From Bacillota bacterium (GTDB taxonomy: Bacteria; Bacillota; Clostridia; Christensenellales; UMGS416): a stretch of DNA of 64,000 bases. Location: positions 44,691-108,690 of the forward strand of contig JAEYRH010000016.1 of assembly GCA_023435705.1 (NCBI GenBank). The letters are read 5' to 3'. The notes under the pieces were generated by a model, which did not search any database, had not been told where the DNA came from, and was given only the letters and a program-made list of their open reading frames with translations. The position numbers and the translations under genes are program-made. The stretch's first letter is position 1, and every line of letters begins with the position of its first letter. Shown here piece by piece: positions 18,900 through 28,986 of this stretch.

Positions 18900-18925
18900 T
18901 ACGTTTCAATCTGTATTATAGTTCA
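18900..18925 (-). promoter_or_regulatory. ECF-type autoregulatory promoter TGAAC-N17-CGTA
   Basis: The minus strand reads TGAACTATAATACAGATTGAAACGTA, 34 nt before ATG 18865. It shares TGAACTAT and CGTAT, with identical spacing, with the 8205-8230 site. Confidence 0.6.
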
Positions 18926-19028
18926 AATTGTTTTGAAAAGAAATTGTTTGATCTGTGCCCGGGCTTCGATATGATTCATTTGGCTATTCAACACAATAAT
19001 CTTTTTGTATAATTCTCCGATGTACTGA

Positions 19029-19057
19029 TTGACGGAAAAGAGTTTGGGTATTATAAT
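19029..19057 (+). promoter_or_regulatory. SigA-type promoter of the his operon
   Basis: TTGACG (19029-19034), 17-nt spacer, TATAAT (19052-19057), 44 nt before the hisZ ATG. Confidence 0.7.
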
Positions 19058-19101
19058 TACATTAGCATGATAAAGCGATGAATCAATAAAGCGAGGATAC
19101 C

Positions 19102-20316
19102 ATGAACAACCACAAAACGCACCTTCCTCCCGGCATGCAGGATTTCCTGCCGGAGGAGTGCGCCCACAAACGAGACATTGAGGAGAAGGCGCGGCGCTGC
19201 TTCTCTTCTTGGGGATACGACGAGATTGAGACGCCCTGTATGGAGTATATGGAAGCGTTTCGCGGCCAGATTGGGGATTTTGAGCCGGAGCGCCTGTTCA
19301 AACTCACTGACAGCACCGGGCGGATCCTGGTGCTGCGGCCAGACATCACAATGCCGCTGGCCCGCGTAGCGGCGACTAGGCTCGCTTCTCGGCAACCGCT
19401 CCGGATGTTCTATGTGGGAGAAGCCTTCCAGTTCACCAGCCCCGAAATGGCTGCCGGTTTGCGGGAGTTCACGCAGCTTGGTGTGGAGCTTATGGGCCAA
19501 TCAGGCCCCATGGCCGACGCCGAGGTTATCGCTCTGGCGATCTCGGTGCTGCGGGAGGCGGGGCTCAAAGAATTCCAGATCGACATCGGCCAGGTGCAGT
19601 TCTTCAAAGGCTTGATGCAGGAAGCGGGGCTCTCCGACAGCCAGACAGAGGAAGTGCGCCGCCATGTGGAAGAAAAAAACCAGCTGGCCATCGAACTTTT
19701 AATACAGCAGGCCGGCATATCCGGCGGCCTCCGTAACAGGATTCTGGAGCTTCCCATGCTGTATGGCGGCGTGGAGGTGCTGGAGACAGCCGAGCGTTTC
19801 ACCGCCAACAAGACCTGCCGTGACGCGCTGGACTATATGAAGCGCACGCTGGACGCGTTATCAAACTACGATTTAGATGAATATATCAGCATCGACCTGG
19901 GCATGGTGCAAAGCATCAACTATTACTCCGGCATCATCTTCCGGGGCATCTCCAAGTATTTCGGCAACCAGCTGCTGGCTGGCGGACGGTATGACGGGTT
20001 GGTGGAGGAGTTTGGCAAGCCTATGGCTGCCACTGGTTTTGCGTTTTCCATCAAGCCCGTGCTGATTGCGCTGGAAAGGCAGGGCAGCCTTCCCTCAGCT
20101 CTGACGATGGATGCCGTGGCATGCTTTGATGCATCAGACGGCCCGCTCCCACTGCGCGCACTGGAAATGCTGCGTGACAAAGGCTACAGGGTTGAGCAGT
20201 TTTATGGCTCCTGCCAAGAGCTTGAAGAATACGCTAAGGGCCGAGGTGCCAGGACTGCTCTTTGCTGGCGAGACGGAGAGTTCCGTGAAATCTGGCGGAG
20301 GGGGGAGCGCACATGA
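19102..20316 (+). CDS. hisZ: ATP phosphoribosyltransferase regulatory subunit
   Basis: HisRS-like fold without an anticodon domain (LPPGMQDFLPEE...LRPDITMPLARV...). Precedes a short-form hisG. Confidence 0.9.
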   Translation: MNNHKTHLPPGMQDFLPEECAHKRDIEEKARRCFSSWGYDEIETPCMEYMEAFRGQIGDFEPERLFKLTDSTGRILVLRPDITMPLARVAATRLASRQPLRMFYVGEAFQFTSPEMAAGLREFTQLGVELMGQSGPMADAEVIALAISVLREAGLKEFQIDIGQVQFFKGLMQEAGLSDSQTEEVRRHVEEKNQLAIELLIQQAGISGGLRNRILELPMLYGGVEVLETAERFTANKTCRDALDYMKRTLDALSNYDLDEYISIDLGMVQSINYYSGIIFRGISKYFGNQLLAGGRYDGLVEEFGKPMAATGFAFSIKPVLIALERQGSLPSALTMDAVACFDASDGPLPLRALEMLRDKGYRVEQFYGSCQELEEYAKGRGARTALCWRDGEFREIWRRGERT

Positions 20317-20957
20317 GCATGTTGACGATCGCTCTGCCCAAGGGCCGCTTGGCCGAGCAGGCCATTGAGCTGCTGGAGCGCTGCGGTGTGGATTGCCGTG
20401 CAACACGCGAACCAAGCCGAAAGCTCATCATGGAGGATGCTTCCGGCCAGACCGCCTTCATGCTGGTGAAACCCAGCGACGTACCGGTTTATGTGGAGCG
20501 GGGCGCCGCCGACATCGGCGTGGTGGGCAAAGACACGTTGATGGAAGCGAACTGCTCGGTTTATGAAATGCTGGACCTGGGCTTTGGCCGCTGCCGGCTG
20601 TGCGTTGCCGGATACCCGGAGGGCCGGGAGCGCGCCATCACCACAGCCAACCTTCGGGTTGCCACCAAGTATCCGGCCATCGCCGCCAGTTACTATGGGG
20701 CAAAAGGCATCCCGATTGACATCATCAAGCTCAACGGCTCGGTGGAGCTTGGCCCGCTGGCAGGTCTGTCTGATGTGATTTTGGATATTGTGGAAAGCGG
20801 CAGGACCCTTAAGGAAAACGGCCTGGTGGTGCTCGATGATATCTGCGACATCAGTGCCCGGCTCATTGTCAACCGTGTGAGCCTGAAAACCCGCGGCAGT
20901 CGCATCAAGCCCTTGATTGAGGCGATGGGCGCGGCATTGGAGGAGGGGAAACGATGA
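20313..20957 (+). CDS. hisG: ATP phosphoribosyltransferase (short form)
   Basis: LTIALPKGRL...DIGVVGKD...RVATKYP...LDIVESGRTLKENGL. 214 aa. Confidence 0.95.
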   Translation: MSMLTIALPKGRLAEQAIELLERCGVDCRATREPSRKLIMEDASGQTAFMLVKPSDVPVYVERGAADIGVVGKDTLMEANCSVYEMLDLGFGRCRLCVAGYPEGRERAITTANLRVATKYPAIAASYYGAKGIPIDIIKLNGSVELGPLAGLSDVILDIVESGRTLKENGLVVLDDICDISARLIVNRVSLKTRGSRIKPLIEAMGAALEEGKR

Positions 20958-22252
20958 TTGGGATCACCGACCTCACCGGCGGCAGCAAGGCCGAGTTGCT
21001 GCACAAGCTGGCTGGGCGTGAGCGCGGCATTCCGGAGGATGTGCGTAAAACCGCCGCTGCCATCGTCTATGATGTGCGCAATCGCGGTGATGAAGCGCTG
21101 CTGGAGTACACGAAGCGCTTTGATGGTGTAAAACTCGAAGCAGACGGCTTGCTCGTAACCGAGCAGGAGATTGAGGAAGCAATCAAAACCGTACCGGCAG
21201 ATGTGCTGGCCGCGATGGAGCGGGCTGCGGAAAACATCCGCAGCTTCCACCGCCGCCAGGTGCAACAGAGCTGGATGGATTTTGCCGGCGGCATCTCATT
21301 GGGGCAAAAGATCGCGCCCCTTGCCCGCGTCGGGGTTTATGTGCCCGGCGGCAGGGCGGCATATCCGTCCTCAGTTCTGATGAACGTGATCCCTGCAAAA
21401 GTGGCCGGCGTTTCCGAGATCATTATGGCCACGCCGCCAATGAAGGACGGCAAGGTGTATGCCAACACGCTGGCTGCCGCAAAAATTGCCGGAGTGGACC
21501 GCATTTATAAAATTGGCGGAGCCCAGGCTGTGGCAGCGATGGCCTTCGGCACGGTCACAGTGCCCAGGGTGGATAAGATCACCGGCCCCGGCAACATCTG
21601 GGTGGCTGCCGCCAAGCGCGAGGTGTTTGGCACCTGCGGTATTGACATGATCGCAGGGCCCAGCGAAGTGCTTGTTGTGGCCGATGAAACCGCCGATGCC
21701 CGCTTTGCCGCAGCAGACATGCTGGCCCAGGCCGAGCACGACCCGATGGCCTCTGCAATCCTCGTCACCTGCTGCCGCGAGGTGGCGGTGAGAGTGAATG
21801 AAGAGCTGGACCGGCAGGTGAAGCAGCTGGGCCGCTGCGAAACCGCTTGCCAGTCCATCGCCGATTATGGCGCGATCCTGTTGACCGGCACGCTGCAGGA
21901 AGCCATTGATCTGGCCAACGAGCTGGCGCCGGAGCACCTGGAATTGCTGGTGGAGGAGCCCATGCGGTGGCTGGGTGCCATCCGCAACGCCGGAGCGATC
22001 TTCCTGGGCTCTATGAGCCCGGAGCCGCTGGGCGACTACATGGCCGGCCCCAACCATGTGCTGCCAACCGGCGGCACGGCGCGGTTCTCCTCGCCGCTTT
22101 CGGTGGATGACTTTGTGAAGAAATCCAGCGTGATCTATTGCTCGAAGGAGAAGCTCCGCGAGGTTTATCAGGATGTGGCGGTCTTCGCCGACAGCGAAGG
22201 GCTGGATGCCCACGCCAATTCAGCGCGGATCCGCTTTGAAGGAGGAAACTGA
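20954..22252 (+). CDS. hisD: Histidinol dehydrogenase
   Basis: [46 protein letters not shown] motifs. Confidence 0.95.
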   Translation: MIGITDLTGGSKAELLHKLAGRERGIPEDVRKTAAAIVYDVRNRGDEALLEYTKRFDGVKLEADGLLVTEQEIEEAIKTVPADVLAAMERAAENIRSFHRRQVQQSWMDFAGGISLGQKIAPLARVGVYVPGGRAAYPSSVLMNVIPAKVAGVSEIIMATPPMKDGKVYANTLAAAKIAGVDRIYKIGGAQAVAAMAFGTVTVPRVDKITGPGNIWVAAAKREVFGTCGIDMIAGPSEVLVVADETADARFAAADMLAQAEHDPMASAILVTCCREVAVRVNEELDRQVKQLGRCETACQSIADYGAILLTGTLQEAIDLANELAPEHLELLVEEPMRWLGAIRNAGAIFLGSMSPEPLGDYMAGPNHVLPTGGTARFSSPLSVDDFVKKSSVIYCSKEKLREVYQDVAVFADSEGLDAHANSARIRFEGGN

Positions 22253-22253
22253 C

Positions 22254-22838
22254 ATGCGCAAGGCATCGGCAAGCCGCGACACGGCGGAAACTAAAATCTT
22301 TGCAGAGATTAACCTGGATGGCGACGGCTGTGCACGGATCGAGACCGGCATCGGTTTCTTCGACCACATGCTCGCACTACTGGCCAGGCATGGGCTGTTT
22401 GAGCTCACGCTCAAGGCAGATGGCGATGCGGATGTGGACTGCCACCACACCGTGGAAGATACCGGCATTGTGCTTGGCCAGGCGTTTCTGAAGGCGCTGG
22501 GCGATAAGAAAGGCATCCGCCGCTACGGCACGTTCTTCCTTCCCATGGACGAAACGCTGGCGATGGTGTCGCTGGACATCAGCGGCAGGCCGTTCCTGGT
22601 GTTTGACGCGGCAATCCCCCCGGTAAGGCTGGGCGATTTTGAGACAGAGACCGTGGAGGAATTCTTCCGCGCCTTCGCCTTTGCCGCCGGCATCACATTG
22701 CATGCGAAGGTGCTCTACGGCAAGAATGCCCACCACCAGATCGAGGCGCTCTTCAAGGCATTGGGCCGGGCGTTGCGTGAGGCTGTTGCCATTGACCCCC
22801 GCGAGCTGGGCATCCCCTCCACCAAAGGGGTGCTGTGA
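22254..22838 (+). CDS. hisB: Imidazoleglycerol-phosphate dehydratase
   Basis: RDTAETKI...GIGFFDHML...[11 protein letters not shown]...[15 protein letters not shown] 22254 lies right after the hisD stop. Confidence 0.95.
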   Translation: MRKASASRDTAETKIFAEINLDGDGCARIETGIGFFDHMLALLARHGLFELTLKADGDADVDCHHTVEDTGIVLGQAFLKALGDKKGIRRYGTFFLPMDETLAMVSLDISGRPFLVFDAAIPPVRLGDFETETVEEFFRAFAFAAGITLHAKVLYGKNAHHQIEALFKALGRALREAVAIDPRELGIPSTKGVL

Positions 22839-23446
22839 TGGCAAACATCGCGATCATCGACTACGGCATGGGCAACCTCCGCAGCGTGCAGAAGGCCTTT
22901 GAACACATCGGTGTTTCCGCTGAGATCACCAGCGACGCGAATGTGCTTGCCCGTGCCGACGGGGCTGCGCTGCCCGGTGTGGGTGCTTTTGCCGACTGCA
23001 TTAAAAACCTTGATGAAACGGGCCTGGTGCCCACGATTCGTGAGTTTGTTGCCTCAGGCCGGCCTTTTCTGGGGATCTGCCTTGGGTTGCAGCTGCTGTT
23101 TGACAGCAGCGTTGAGGGTGGGCAGTATGAGGGGCTGGGGCTGCTGCCCGGCCAGGTGGTCTCGCTGCCCCGCGACCGCAAGGTGCCCCACATGGGCTGG
23201 AACAACTTGAAAATCCTGCGGCCTGATCCGCTCTTCAAAGGTTTGCCGGAGGAGGCGTTTGTCTACTTCGTGCATTCCTATCATGCCGCTCCTGCGGATC
23301 CGGCGATCCTGTCTGCCACGACGGACTACGGCATCCCGGTGACCGCCGCCGTGCAGCGGGGCAATTTGTATGCCACGCAGTTCCACCCGGAAAAAAGCGG
23401 CGATGTGGGCATGCAGATCCTCCGCAATTTCGGAGGGCTGTTATGA
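22838..23446 (+). CDS. hisH: Imidazole glycerol phosphate synthase, glutaminase subunit
   Basis: IAIIDYGMGNLRSV...PGVGAF...GICLGLQLL...FHPEKS. TGATG overlap with hisB. Confidence 0.95.
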   Translation: MANIAIIDYGMGNLRSVQKAFEHIGVSAEITSDANVLARADGAALPGVGAFADCIKNLDETGLVPTIREFVASGRPFLGICLGLQLLFDSSVEGGQYEGLGLLPGQVVSLPRDRKVPHMGWNNLKILRPDPLFKGLPEEAFVYFVHSYHAAPADPAILSATTDYGIPVTAAVQRGNLYATQFHPEKSGDVGMQILRNFGGLL

Positions 23447-24165
23447 TCATCTATCCGGCCATCGATTTGAAGGGCGGCCGGTGCGTCCGCCTGCAGCAGG
23501 GCGACATGGAGCGTGCCACGGTTTATGGCAATGACCCAGCCGCTGTCGCTCGCTCCTTTGCGGAGAAAGGCGCCCAATGGCTCCATGTGGTGGATCTGGA
23601 CGGCGCGTTTGCCGGAGACTCCCGCAACCTGGATGCCGTGCGGGCAATCGCTTCTGCAGTGCAGATCCCGGTGCAGCTGGGCGGCGGCCTGCGCACCATG
23701 GAGCGCCTTCGGCAAGTGTTTGAAGCCGGTATCGCCCGCGCCATCCTGGGCACTGCTGCGCTGGAGGACGAGGCATTCCTGAAAGAAGCAGTGGCGGCTT
23801 ATGGAGACCGCATCGCCGTGGGCATCGATGCCAAGGACGGCAAGGTTGCTGTGCGCGGCTGGGCGGAAGCATCTGATATTGCGCCGCTTGCTCTGGCCCT
23901 CCGGGTCAAAGCTTCTGGCGTGCGCACCGTGATCTACACCGACATTTCCCGCGACGGTATGCTGACCGGCCCCAATTTCGAGGCCACCAAGGCGTTGATT
24001 GACGGCACCGGCCTGGATGTGATCGTGTCCGGCGGCGTGGCTGAACTTTCACACATATCAATGTCAAAGCAAATCGCCGCAGCCGGTGTCATCATTGGCC
24101 GGGCCATCTATACCGGCGCGGTGCGGCTGGAAGAGGCCATCGCGGAGGGAGGAAAGCCATGCTGA
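23443..24165 (+). CDS. hisA: ProFAR isomerase
   Basis: [17 protein letters not shown]...LHVVDLDGA...GGGLR... Confidence 0.95.
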   Translation: MIIYPAIDLKGGRCVRLQQGDMERATVYGNDPAAVARSFAEKGAQWLHVVDLDGAFAGDSRNLDAVRAIASAVQIPVQLGGGLRTMERLRQVFEAGIARAILGTAALEDEAFLKEAVAAYGDRIAVGIDAKDGKVAVRGWAEASDIAPLALALRVKASGVRTVIYTDISRDGMLTGPNFEATKALIDGTGLDVIVSGGVAELSHISMSKQIAAAGVIIGRAIYTGAVRLEEAIAEGGKPC

Positions 24166-24932
24166 CTTGCAGAATCATCCCGTGCCTCGATGTGCGCGAC
24201 GGCCGCGTGGTCAAAGGCGTGAACTTTGTGGACATCCGCGATGCCGGTGACCCTGTGGAGGTGGCCCGGCGCTATAATGAAGAAGGGGCAGACGAAGTCA
24301 CTTTCCTCGATATCACAGCTTCGTCAGACAAGCGTGACATCATCCTGGATGTGGTCTCCCGCACAGCGGAGCAGGTGTTCATCCCCCTCACGGTGGGAGG
24401 TGGCATCCGCACGCTGGAAGACTTCCGCCGGATCCTGAAGGCCGGAGCCGATAAAATATCGATCAACTCCGCGCCGCTCAAAAACCCATCTTTTATTGAC
24501 GAAGCAGCCTGGCGGTTCGGCACCCAGTGCGTGGTTGTGGCCATCGATGCCAAACGCCGGGCAGGCGGCGGGTGGGATGCCTACTTGAATGGGGGCCGTG
24601 TGAACACCGGTCGGGATGCCGTGGAATGGGCGGTGGAAGCTGAACGGCGGGGGGCAGGGGAGATCCTGCTCACCAGTATGGATACCGATGGCACCAAAGC
24701 CGGCTATGACATCGCACTCACCAAAGCGGTGTCTTCGGCGGTAAACATCCCGGTGATCGCCTCTGGCGGTGCGGGCACGCTGGAGCATTTCGCCGAGGTG
24801 GTGGAGAAAGCCCAGGCCGACGCGCTGCTGGCGGCGTCTCTGTTCCATTATAAAGAGTTGGAAATCAGGCAAGTGAAACAATTCATGCGTCAGCGGGGCA
24901 TCCCGGTGCGCATGCAGGAGGAAATATGCTGA
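24159..24932 (+). CDS. hisF: Imidazole glycerol phosphate synthase, cyclase subunit
   Basis: [18 protein letters not shown]...[11 protein letters not shown]...PLTVGGGIR...ASGGAG. Confidence 0.95.
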   Translation: MLTCRIIPCLDVRDGRVVKGVNFVDIRDAGDPVEVARRYNEEGADEVTFLDITASSDKRDIILDVVSRTAEQVFIPLTVGGGIRTLEDFRRILKAGADKISINSAPLKNPSFIDEAAWRFGTQCVVVAIDAKRRAGGGWDAYLNGGRVNTGRDAVEWAVEAERRGAGEILLTSMDTDGTKAGYDIALTKAVSSAVNIPVIASGGAGTLEHFAEVVEKAQADALLAASLFHYKELEIRQVKQFMRQRGIPVRMQEEIC

Positions 24933-25558
24933 CTATCAAAGGGGATCTTTCCACCGTCAAATACAACGAAATCGGCATTGTGCCCGCTGTAGCGCAAGAT
25001 ATACAGACCGGCGCGGTGTTGATGCTGGCCTGGATGAATCAGGAGTCTTTGGCCAAGACCATCGAAACGGGCTTTGCCCATTACTACAGCCGAAGCCGTA
25101 AAACCCTCTGGAAAAAAGGGGAGACATCCGGCCACCTGCAAACGGTGCGGGAAATGCTGCTGGATTGCGACGGCGACACGATCCTACTGAAGGTGGAGCA
25201 GCAGGGCCCGGCCTGCCACACCAACCAATACAGCTGCTTTTTCAACCCGCTTGCCGAAAGCGAGGAAGCCGCCAAGCCTGGCTTTGAGGCACTGCGCCGT
25301 GAGTACGAGGTCATTGAGGACCGCAAGGTGAACCCCAAGGAGGGTTCTTATACCAACTACCTGCTTGGCAAGGGCATTGAGAAGATCTGCAAGAAGGTGG
25401 GAGAGGAGGCCTCTGAGGTCATCATCGCAGCGATGAAGGGCAGCAATGAGGAGCTTCGCTATGAAACCGCCGACCTGCTTTATCACCTGATGGTGGCGAT
25501 GGCCAATCAGGGGCTCAAGTGGGAGGATGTGCTTTCGGAAGTGGCGAAGAGGAAGTAG
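24926..25558 (+). CDS. hisIE: Bifunctional phosphoribosyl-AMP cyclohydrolase / phosphoribosyl-ATP pyrophosphatase
   Basis: [20 protein letters not shown]...[19 protein letters not shown], followed by a C-terminal HisE helix bundle ([18 protein letters not shown]). Confidence 0.9.
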   Translation: MLTIKGDLSTVKYNEIGIVPAVAQDIQTGAVLMLAWMNQESLAKTIETGFAHYYSRSRKTLWKKGETSGHLQTVREMLLDCDGDTILLKVEQQGPACHTNQYSCFFNPLAESEEAAKPGFEALRREYEVIEDRKVNPKEGSYTNYLLGKGIEKICKKVGEEASEVIIAAMKGSNEELRYETADLLYHLMVAMANQGLKWEDVLSEVAKRK

Positions 25559-26535
25559 TTCTTCAGCACCCGCAGCGCCCTGAGCGTGATCCACTCGCTT
25601 GGGGCGTCTTTCTGCCCAATCGGGATCAGTAGCTTGTCAGTAATTTCTGTGTTTTCACAGATCCACCGGCCATCGATGCCCTGCTTGTCCAATACCACCT
25701 GGATTGCCTCATCCATGCGGCTGTCGTGGATGCCAAGGCGAGTCAGTATATCGAGTATTTCCAGCGCATCAGTCTGATACATCAGCGGGAAACTGAACTT
25801 CAGCCAGCCAGGCTTGGAGACCCTTTTCAGATTATGGCTCTGCTTGTGGATGTGGTGCGCCAGCAGGAACTCACTGGCCTGCTTGATTGTGTCATTTACT
25901 GCCTCAGTTCGCTTGTTTTTTGGAATTTCGGCCAGGGCCTTCAGAGCCTTTACCACTGCCATATGGCAAGTGTGTTTGCCCCAGCACATTTCGTAGTGAC
26001 TGTAGGGCGGCACTTGCGGTTCTGTTTCCTCGCCGTCGTTGAGGCGCAAATATGCTGTGATCCATTCGATACCCTTTTGCACTCTGGGATCATCCAGGTA
26101 CCCAAACCGGATCAGCGCCCAAACCATATTGCCGGTCAGGCAGGGGATCACCTCGCTAATTCTGCCGCCGCCTGTCTTTGCGGCGGTATGCTGAGAAAAG
26201 CCGCCCTGCGACTGATCCTGAGACTGAGCCATGATGTATTCGCATTGCTCCCGAATCTGGTCATTGATTTCTGCGCCGAGCTCCCCAAGCGTGATCAATT
26301 GCCAGACCAGGCCTTTGTATTTATACGTATAGAACCGGGGGAAAGCTTCTATGTATTGCGGCTCCCGCTGCAGGCGCAAAATCTCCGGCACCAGGCCGGT
26401 TTCCATGATGGCCTGGCGTGCGAGGATCACATCACTGTGGTCATCGGGCAAGACCATTATATCCTTTAATGTGAAATAACGTACCGAAGGGTTTTTGCTC
26501 TCCATAAGCCAGTCGGTTGGAACAGCTTTTATCAT
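25507..26535 (-). CDS. Hypothetical protein, possibly alpha/alpha-toroid (prenyltransferase/terpene-cyclase-like repeats)
   Basis: 342 aa from ATG 26535 (AAAGGAG upstream). Repeated aromatic/Gly-rich helices (GGF...W, DGRW). The assignment is weak. Its 3' end overlaps hisIE by 52 nt, convergently. Confidence 0.4.
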   Translation of the reverse strand: MIKAVPTDWLMESKNPSVRYFTLKDIMVLPDDHSDVILARQAIMETGLVPEILRLQREPQYIEAFPRFYTYKYKGLVWQLITLGELGAEINDQIREQCEYIMAQSQDQSQGGFSQHTAAKTGGGRISEVIPCLTGNMVWALIRFGYLDDPRVQKGIEWITAYLRLNDGEETEPQVPPYSHYEMCWGKHTCHMAVVKALKALAEIPKNKRTEAVNDTIKQASEFLLAHHIHKQSHNLKRVSKPGWLKFSFPLMYQTDALEILDILTRLGIHDSRMDEAIQVVLDKQGIDGRWICENTEITDKLLIPIGQKDAPSEWITLRALRVLKNYFLFATSESTSSHLSP

Positions 26536-26695
26536 GCCCCTCGCTCCTTTGAACGCCACATATTCACACATATGCAAACGAGCTCGTTCCAATTATAGCA
26601 TAAGCAAGCAATTTGGTAATCTCTGTTATAAACGGAAATATTTCTTATCATGCTGAGAATACTAGGGGATATCAAGCAAATAGGGGTTTCACCAA

Positions 26696-27352
26696 GTGCT
26701 CATTGCCATAATCATATTGGCGGCAATCATTATCGCCGCGGTTGCACTGGCATTGGTGGGCGAATTGCAGACCACCATCCGCTTTGTGCTGGATCGGGGC
26801 GGCATTTGGCTCAATGTGACTACAGGCATTGGCAGGTATCGGTTTTCAGGTTATCAGTTGCGTGTTATGCCATACCATAAACCAAGGGCATGGAAACTCA
26901 ACCCATTGAGCCGTAAATATAAGAATGCAGACCCAACGAAGGTGCTGAGGCGGACGTCCAGCGAGCGGTGGAAACCCATCCAGCTTACGCTTCGCAGCGC
27001 GTTTGATATCGGTGTGGGCATCATCATCCGCTTGTTGGAGGCAAACATAAAAATTGGTGTGGAGGGTGACGCGGCGTTGACAGCATTGCTTTGTGGCGTA
27101 TTATCCACACTGCTTCATACGCTTCGTTCTGCCAGCACCCGAGGCGAATTCGTGCCGCGAGGAGCGGTTGACATTCGCCCTGTATTCAGTGGGGGAAAGC
27201 TGTCAATTCGATTCAAATGCATATTGGCAATCAAAGTACGGCATATTATTCGGGAAATCATTGAGAACCGCACAGGGAGGAAAAACGATGGGAAGTCATC
27301 CGATCGAAAATATCATGCAAACAACCATGGAAAATATTCGCAACATGGTTGA
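26696..27352 (+). CDS. ytfI: Sporulation protein YtfI-like (DUF2953)
   Basis: GTG start after AGGGG. N-terminal TM segment. Followed by ytfJ as in Bacillus ytfIJ. The family call is from context and memory. Confidence 0.5.
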   Translation: MLIAIIILAAIIIAAVALALVGELQTTIRFVLDRGGIWLNVTTGIGRYRFSGYQLRVMPYHKPRAWKLNPLSRKYKNADPTKVLRRTSSERWKPIQLTLRSAFDIGVGIIIRLLEANIKIGVEGDAALTALLCGVLSTLLHTLRSASTRGEFVPRGAVDIRPVFSGGKLSIRFKCILAIKVRHIIREIIENRTGRKNDGKSSDRKYHANNHGKYSQHG

Positions 27353-27821
27353 TGTAAACACCATTGTGGGCGACACCGTGGTGATGGCCGATGGTACGGT
27401 TATCATCCCGATATCCAAGGTGAGCTTCGGCTTTGTTGCCGGTGGTGGTGAATACAGCGGCACCATGGAGCGCAAAGGTAAAGAAAAAGGTGACGATGAC
27501 AGCCGAGGAGGCGATTACCCCTTTGCCGGTGGCACCGGGGCAGGCGTGTCGCTAAGCCCGATGGCATTTCTGGTTGTGAGCGAGGGAGAAGTTAATCTGC
27601 TGCCGGTGCAATTCAACAACACATGCGAGAGGCTGATGGAGCGCATCCCCGATGTGGTAAGCCAGCTGAAGGAGTTGTTTGCCGGCGGCATGAAAGAGGG
27701 CAAAAGCAATGATCGGGAGAAAGGCCAGAGGGAGAGTTGGTTTAGTAAGAACCACAGGAGCAAGTTTGACGAAGAAGACGTCGTGGATGAGACCTACCGC
27801 CCGCCCAAAAATGAGTTATAA
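27288..27821 (+). CDS. ytfJ: GerW/YtfJ-family sporulation protein
   Basis: MENIRNMVDVNTIVGDTVVMADGTVIIPISKVSFGFVAGGGEYSG...GAGVSLSPMAFLVV. ATG 27288 follows GGGAGGAAAAAC. Carries an extended charged C-terminal tail. Confidence 0.8.
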   Translation: MGSHPIENIMQTTMENIRNMVDVNTIVGDTVVMADGTVIIPISKVSFGFVAGGGEYSGTMERKGKEKGDDDSRGGDYPFAGGTGAGVSLSPMAFLVVSEGEVNLLPVQFNNTCERLMERIPDVVSQLKELFAGGMKEGKSNDREKGQRESWFSKNHRSKFDEEDVVDETYRPPKNEL

Positions 27822-28986
27822 ACACATTATGGCGCTGCTGGTGGCGGCAGCGCTTTTTTTGGGTTATAATGGTAGTGCAATGGCTGCACCGGGCAAAGTG
27901 ACGGCTCGTGCTGCAGTGGTGATGGAGCAGAGCAGCCATAGAGTTCTATTCGAAAAGAATGCCCATGAGCGACTGCCGATGGCCAGCACCACCAAGATCA
28001 TGACGGCGCTGGTTGCATTGAAATATGGGCAGATCGATGATGTGGTTACCGTTGGGCCAAACGCTGCCGGTATCACCGGCTCATCCATTTATCTGAAAGC
28101 CGGCGAAAAACTTACATTGGAGCAATTGCTTTATGGGCTCATGCTGCAGTCAGGCAATGATGCTGCCGTGGCCATCGCCGAGCATGTGGGCGGTTCAGTC
28201 AAGGGGTTCTTAGCGCTGATGAACCAGACTGCTGAGGAGATCGGCGCGGTGGACTCCCACTTCACCAGCCCTAACGGCCTTGACACAGAGGGGCACTACA
28301 CCACAGCGTACGATCTTGCATTGATCTCTGCTGTGGCCATGGAAAACGAAAATTTCCGGCGGATCGTGGCCACCAAGGGCATCCGAATTCCCTATGAAGG
28401 CGTAGAAAATGGGCGCTACATCAAAAACAAGAACCGTATCCTTTCCAGCTACGAAGGGGCAAACGGCGTAAAGACCGGCTATACCGGCGATGCGGGCCGC
28501 TGCTTCGTGGGCTCGGCTGAGCGGGAGGGGATGCAGCTCATCTCCGTGGTGCTCAATTGCGGCCCGATGTTTGAGGAAGCGACCGCGCTCATGGACGAAG
28601 CCTTTGCCCAATATGACATGGTGCCCGTGATCACGCCCAACCTGGCCTACGGATCCGTTCAGACAGAGGAAGGCATCGTGGGGGAAGTGCGCTACGGCGT
28701 GCCTGAGAAGATCACCTTGCCACTGAGCGAGGAGGAACGCCAGCGCATCTACACCAGCATTCGCATGCAAGCAGCAGTGGATTCCCCGGTGAGCAAGGGG
28801 CAGGTGATCGGCCGGGGCGCTGTGATATTGGACGGGCAGGAGTTGGCGTCTTTCCCGGTGATCACGCTGGAAGAAGATCAGCGGCGCACTTATCTGTGGT
28901 ATTTGAAACTTGTGATAGAGAGGTATCAATGGCGGAGGAACGGGGAGGAATCCGGCTTCAAAAGTATCTGGCCCTGGGGGGAGTAG
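27811..28986 (+). CDS. dacB: D-alanyl-D-alanine carboxypeptidase (serine-type, PBP5/DacB-like)
   Basis: Signal peptide MSYKHIMALLVAAALFLGYNGSAMA. Active-site motifs ASTTKIMT (SxxK), SGND (SxN) and KTGYT (KTG). Confidence 0.85.
   Translation: MSYKHIMALLVAAALFLGYNGSAMAAPGKVTARAAVVMEQSSHRVLFEKNAHERLPMASTTKIMTALVALKYGQIDDVVTVGPNAAGITGSSIYLKAGEKLTLEQLLYGLMLQSGNDAAVAIAEHVGGSVKGFLALMNQTAEEIGAVDSHFTSPNGLDTEGHYTTAYDLALISAVAMENENFRRIVATKGIRIPYEGVENGRYIKNKNRILSSYEGANGVKTGYTGDAGRCFVGSAEREGMQLISVVLNCGPMFEEATALMDEAFAQYDMVPVITPNLAYGSVQTEEGIVGEVRYGVPEKITLPLSEEERQRIYTSIRMQAAVDSPVSKGQVIGRGAVILDGQELASFPVITLEEDQRRTYLWYLKLVIERYQWRRNGEESGFKSIWPWGE

Noticed and set aside
18866-19101. Searched for a T-box or attenuator leader ahead of hisZ
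   Set aside because: The leader after the SigA promoter is only ~40 nt. I found no specifier hairpin, T-box sequence or His-codon leader peptide.
21371-22213. 280-aa minus-strand ORF inside hisD
   Set aside because: Antisense to a gene with unmistakable histidinol dehydrogenase motifs. Same GC artefact.
26640-26695. GAATACTA upstream of ytfI, considered as a SigF/SigG -10
   Set aside because: The -35 match is weak and I cannot score it reliably by eye. Left as a possibility only.
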